Virus record (IMG/VR): IMGVR_UViG_3300046495_000080
Span: 1-44,779 of that record
Strand: one strand, 5' to 3'
From: a virus
Lineage: Duplodnaviria > Caudoviricetes
DNA: 44,779 nt
Part shown: in pieces, positions 41,540-44,779 of the stretch
How the letters are laid out: each line of letters opens with the position of its first letter
Position numbering within the stretch: the first letter of the stretch is position 1
Notes under the pieces: generated by a model
Databases searched by the model: none
Seen by the model: the letters and a program-made list of their open reading frames with translations, nothing else
Told to the model about the DNA's origin: nothing
Position numbers and translations under genes: made by a program

Positions 41540-42693
41540 GGCGTGACCGTAGCGCAGGAGGCCGACAGGTCCACGGCCAGCGTCGAGCGCGCCGCGTCCG
41601 AGAAGTGGCCCGGCACCAGGTGGGCGTACCGCTCGGTGTCGGTGATGGAGGCGTGCCCCAGGATCGCCTGCAGCTCGCGCAGCGAGCCCCCCGCCATGGC
41701 CCACTGGCTCGCGAAGGTGTGGCGCGTCGCCTGGTACCAGGGCTTCGGCTCGAGCGGCGGGAGCTTGAGGTCGACGAGCACGGGGCGGAGGCGCCCCGCC
41801 GGCGTCCGCTTGTCGACGTGCTCGCCGTCGCAGCGAAGCGGCGGGATGACCAGGCCGCGCCCGCCCGAGGAGAGCTTCCAGGCCTTCAGGATCGGGAGCA
41901 GCGGATCGAGGATCGGGACGGGGCGCGGCTCGCGGTCCTTGGTGCGCCCCTTCACCGACTCGGAGACCAGCATCCGGCGGCCCTCGAGGTCGACCGAGGT
42001 CCAGCGCAGCGCGAACACCTCGCCGGTGCGCAGCCCGCCGAGCGCGCCGATCGCGTAGGCGACGTTCAGCGGCTCTTCGAGGGCGAGGAAGATGCGACGC
42101 ACGTCCTCGAGCTGCTCGACGAAGGCGGTAGTGCGCGGGTCGTGGTCGGGCCGGAGGAGGCGAAGGATGCTCTTCGGCAGATGGCGGGCCGGGTTCCGGG
42201 TCGCGAGGTGGCGCTCGAGGAGATCCTCGTACAGCGAGGAGAGGAGCGAGACGCAGACCCGGAGCGACGCCGGCGACTGCTTCCCGTCGAGCGGCTGGCC
42301 GGGCACGCGGAGGACGTACTTCGATCGCCTGTGCTGCTCCACGAAGGTGCGCACCAGCGAGTCGTCGAGCTCGTCGGGCCGGAGGTGACCGAAGGCAGGC
42401 CCGAGGTACTTGTTCCAGCGCTGGCGATCCTCGGGGCCGTTCGCGTGGGTCTCGAGTCGCCGCTTGAGCCACTCGGGCGCGAGCTCGCCGAGCGTTGGGG
42501 TGAGGCGCGGGTCGGCGGCGACGCCCAGGCGGCGGTTCATCGCCTCGGAGCGGAGCACCACCAGGCGGGCCTCGGCCTCGGCGCGCGTGCGGAAACCGGT
42601 CTCGTACCTCTTCGACTCGTGCGGCCCGTAGCGGATGGAGAAGACGGCGCCTTCGCGGAAGACCGATCCTGAGCCTCTGGGGCGTCGCTTCAT
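41458..42693 (-). CDS. int: Tyrosine integrase (411 aa)
   Basis: RRPRGSGSV arm-binding start; GLRTGE, TK, YQATRHTFAS, LGH, TERY; RBS GGAGG. Confidence 0.93.
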   Translation of the reverse strand: MKRRPRGSGSVFREGAVFSIRYGPHESKRYETGFRTRAEAEARLVVLRSEAMNRRLGVAADPRLTPTLGELAPEWLKRRLETHANGPEDRQRWNKYLGPAFGHLRPDELDDSLVRTFVEQHRRSKYVLRVPGQPLDGKQSPASLRVCVSLLSSLYEDLLERHLATRNPARHLPKSILRLLRPDHDPRTTAFVEQLEDVRRIFLALEEPLNVAYAIGALGGLRTGEVFALRWTSVDLEGRRMLVSESVKGRTKDREPRPVPILDPLLPILKAWKLSSGGRGLVIPPLRCDGEHVDKRTPAGRLRPVLVDLKLPPLEPKPWYQATRHTFASQWAMAGGSLRELQAILGHASITDTERYAHLVPGHFSDAARSTLAVDLSASCATVTPCASGSSDSGPKSRRSRTPAAGSGQAQ

Positions 42694-42716
42694 GGCGGAC
42701 CTCCGGGCGCGAGACC

Positions 42717-42971
42717 CTAGTCCTGCTCGGTCCCGTCGGGCAACACGACGTAGCGAAGCCCTCCAATCGGCACGACTTTCAGCTGCCCGTCCTTGATCCA
42801 GCGATTGACGCTGCGGACGGTCACCCCGAGGCGCCGCGCCGCCTCCGGAATGGGGACGGGGGTGCGGCCCTGCTCGCCCTGCAGCCGGCGGATCTCCTCG
42901 CGCAGCGGCTCCATCGCGCGGCGGATGGTCGCCTCGAGCTCCTCCGTCGTCATCACCAGCGCGACGCCCAT
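42717..42971 (-). CDS. xis: Excisionase
   Basis: IPEAARRLGVTVRSVNRWIKDGQL; directly upstream of int. Confidence 0.8.
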   Translation of the reverse strand: MGVALVMTTEELEATIRRAMEPLREEIRRLQGEQGRTPVPIPEAARRLGVTVRSVNRWIKDGQLKVVPIGGLRYVVLPDGTEQD

Positions 42972-42974
42972 GGG

Positions 42975-43175
42975 CTACTCCCCGCGCGCCGGCAGGAGCC
43001 GGCCCGTCGCGCGCCTGTACGAACGAACCGGTCCGGTGTTCTTCGATCCCCTGAGCGCGCGTCGGTAGTGGGCAGGGCACATGCCCCGTCCGCAGCCGCC
43101 GTTGGCGTCGCCCCGGAACACCGGGCGTCCGCACCCCGGGATGACGCAGGTCCCGTTCTCCTTCTTCGCGCTCAC
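42975..43175 (-). CDS. Small Zn-binding protein (66 aa)
   Basis: CVIPGCGR...RGMCPAHY motif; GTGA overlap. Confidence 0.65.
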   Translation of the reverse strand: MSAKKENGTCVIPGCGRPVFRGDANGGCGRGMCPAHYRRALRGSKNTGPVRSYRRATGRLLPARGE

Positions 43176-43438
43176 GCCGGTTCTCCCTTCAGGGCCGGCA
43201 CGTCGGCCCGCTTCAGCCACCGCTCCAGCGCGGCCACCTCGACGCGGACGACGAGCTCGCCGGCGGCGTTCTCGCAGAGCAGCTCGCCCATCACCCCGGG
43301 GAGGACGCGCACCCGCTCGCCCCGCGGCGGCCGGCCGGAGCGCTTCACCACCAGGGGCACCGAGCCGCCCTCCGGGTGGCGGTCTCGGTGCGCTTCGACG
43401 ACCACGCGGATCGCGGCGACGGCTTCGGCCTGGGTCAC
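43172..43438 (-). CDS. Hypothetical protein (88 aa)
   Basis: GTGA overlaps on both sides. Confidence 0.65.
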   Translation of the reverse strand: MTQAEAVAAIRVVVEAHRDRHPEGGSVPLVVKRSGRPPRGERVRVLPGVMGELLCENAAGELVVRVEVAALERWLKRADVPALKGEPA

Positions 43439-43599
43439 GCGCGCGTCCCCATCTTCGGCGGCGGGTACGCGGGGCAGCCCTCGCAGTTATTCGGGTGCTT
43501 GGCGCATTCCTCGTCGGACGTCTGGTAGCACTTCACCTGCGCGTCGGACGGAGCCTCGCGGTCCTCTTCCTCGCGGCGCCTCGAGGTGGTATCAGCCAC
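43435..43599 (-). CDS. Small Cys-rich protein (54 aa; not in the ORF track)
   Basis: RBS GGAGG then GTG; MADTTSRR...CYQ....CAKHPNNCEGCPAY; stop overlaps the next start. Confidence 0.6.
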   Translation of the reverse strand: MADTTSRRREEEDREAPSDAQVKCYQTSDEECAKHPNNCEGCPAYPPPKMGTRA

Positions 43600-44233
43600 G
43601 GGCCACCTCCTGCTGCTTCGTCTTCTTCAGGTCGACCATGTCCTTCAGCCACCGGGCGACGGCGAGGAGGGTCCGCTCCCGGTCGCGCGAGATCTGCAAA
43701 ACGTGCCCGGCCTGCTCGCCCTCGCGCGGCTCCCGGTACAGGAAGAGGGCGAAGGCCCAACCCGTGCCCGGCACCTCGACCTCCTTGGCGACGAGGCCGG
43801 CCAGACGCGCGGCCTCGAGCCCGAGCTCGTCGAAGTCCTCGGGTAGGCCACGCGGCGGGGGCTGCTCGCCGGGGTCGTAGCCGATGAGGTCGGCCAGGGC
43901 GCGAGCGCGGCGCATGCCCTCGGCCTCGGAGACGCCCAGCTCGCTCGCCTGCAGCATCAGGAGCGCGGCCGCCTCCAGGCGTCGGGCCCGGTCTTCGGCC
44001 AGGTCCCAGCGCAGCTGCAGCGCCTGGGCGTGGTCACGGAGGACGCGGAGCTCCTCGCGCAGCTGCAGGCGCTCGGCGTCCAGCTGGTGCGTGGCGGCCT
44101 GCTCCGCGCCGAGGTCCTCCACCGCCTGGCCGAGGTTCGCGCGCGCGGCGGCAACCTCGGCGGCAAGGTGGTCGCAGCAGATCCACCCGCACCTCGGGCA
44201 GAGGGCGCGGCGGGGCTTCGCGGGATCGGTCAT
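43592..44233 (-). CDS. Hypothetical coiled-coil protein (213 aa)
   Basis: ATGA overlap; CPRC..ICC.H, coiled coil, GWAFALFLY domain. Confidence 0.7.
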   Translation of the reverse strand: MTDPAKPRRALCPRCGWICCDHLAAEVAAARANLGQAVEDLGAEQAATHQLDAERLQLREELRVLRDHAQALQLRWDLAEDRARRLEAAALLMLQASELGVSEAEGMRRARALADLIGYDPGEQPPPRGLPEDFDELGLEAARLAGLVAKEVEVPGTGWAFALFLYREPREGEQAGHVLQISRDRERTLLAVARWLKDMVDLKKTKQQEVARG

Positions 44234-44637
44234 CGGCTCTTCCTCCAGGCCTTCGCCTGGGCGCACGTGGCGTGGTGGGGCATCCGGGTCTTCGTTCCGG
44301 GCGGCGGCTGCTCGTTCTTCTTCAGCACGTAGGCGGTGATGGACCCCTCGCGGTCGCGGAGGATCACGTTGCCATTCAGCGTGGGCGTCGCATCGACGGG
44401 CATCGCCTGCGGGCGGCCGTCCTCCTTGCGCACCAGGACGCCGTCCTCCTCGACGACCTGAGCCCAGAAGATGGGCTGTCCGCAGGACCTGCAGGCCTTC
44501 GGGAGGTGGCGCGGCGGCGGCGCCGGCGCGGCGAAGCCGATGTCCTCGGGGCTGTTGGACCTCGGCTCCGCCGCCGCGGCGGCCCCTACTCGTTCCGGGC
44601 GATCGACGCGTTCGCCCAGAAGCCCACCTCCTCGAGC
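44230..44637 (-). CDS. Zn-binding phage domain; 3' part of the cross-origin ORF
   Basis: CRSCGQPIFW...MPVD..P...GN...PHHATC; no ATG/GTG/TTG between the Acb2-like stop and CRSC. Confidence 0.6.
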   Translation of the reverse strand, partial: ARGGGLLGERVDRPERVGAAAAAEPRSNSPEDIGFAAPAPPPRHLPKACRSCGQPIFWAQVVEEDGVLVRKEDGRPQAMPVDATPTLNGNVILRDREGSITAYVLKKNEQPPPGTKTRMPHHATCAQAKAWRKSR

Positions 44638-44779
44638 TTCGTGAGCGCCACGCTGCGCTCCCTGCTCGGCGGGCAGTTGGCCAGGATGAGCGTCGCCAGG
44701 GTGCGCTGCAGGGTCCGGATCTCCTGGTAGCGGTCCGCCTGGTCCCCCTTCACCGGGTGGAACACGAAGTCGTTCGCCA
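44586..44779 (-). CDS. Acb2/Tad1-like protein, 3' part
   Basis: ...SRERSVALTKLEEVGFWANASIARNE-TAG. Confidence 0.75.
   Translation of the reverse strand, partial: ANDFVFHPVKGDQADRYQEIRTLQRTLATLILANCPPSRERSVALTKLEEVGFWANASIARNE
44638..44779. repeat. Terminal direct repeat, right copy
   Basis: Matches 1-142 with one mismatch. Confidence 0.95.

Noticed and set aside
41715-41740. Integrase lacks the canonical His of HxxR (YQATRH); possible pseudogene
   Set aside because: Tyr and other substitutions at this position occur in active tyrosine recombinases; R, K, R, H and Y are intact.
41540-42766. 576-aa version of the HNH ORF, or an int-HNH fusion
   Set aside because: The upstream part is the off-frame reading of int; HNH homology starts at 41539 and no slippery site is evident.
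1-44779. CRISPR array, diversity-generating retroelement, intact tRNA/rRNA genes, IS elements
   Set aside because: No repeat-spacer array, reverse transcriptase, TR/VR pair, cloverleaf or transposase motif seen by eye.

Overview
The window is a complete, circularly closed genome (about 44,637 bp; a 142-bp terminal repeat with one mismatch) of a very GC-rich temperate podovirus of a Gram-negative host. A Myxococcota host such as Anaeromyxobacter is a guess from composition and signal-peptide style only. Control is lambda-like: divergent cI/cro with a 14-bp operator repeated at two promoters. The leftward operon carries HNH endonucleases, YqaJ plus a putative annealase, ParB and an Acb2/Tad1-like protein that spans the contig ends, and finishes with xis, int and a candidate attP resembling a tRNA 3' end. 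The rightward arm carries a CII-like gene, MTase, GNAT, a replication initiator with internal iterons, terminase, BPP-1/T7-like head, tail and ejection genes, a tailspike and the lysis cassette. Most notable: (1) a lipoprotein coupled to the repressor gene displays DALDAAVDSVLA, a copy of a motif repeated twice at the N-terminus of the 2617-aa ejection protein, suggesting superinfection exclusion by mimicry of the phage's own ejectosome; (2) that ejection protein carries tandem GGDEF domains (one degenerate, one SGDEF) followed by a nested out-of-frame gene; (3) the tailspike has an obligatory Sec-type signal peptide and an added Cys pair; (4) a candidate single-chain spanin with inverted topology. 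All family calls come from motif recognition, without database searches.
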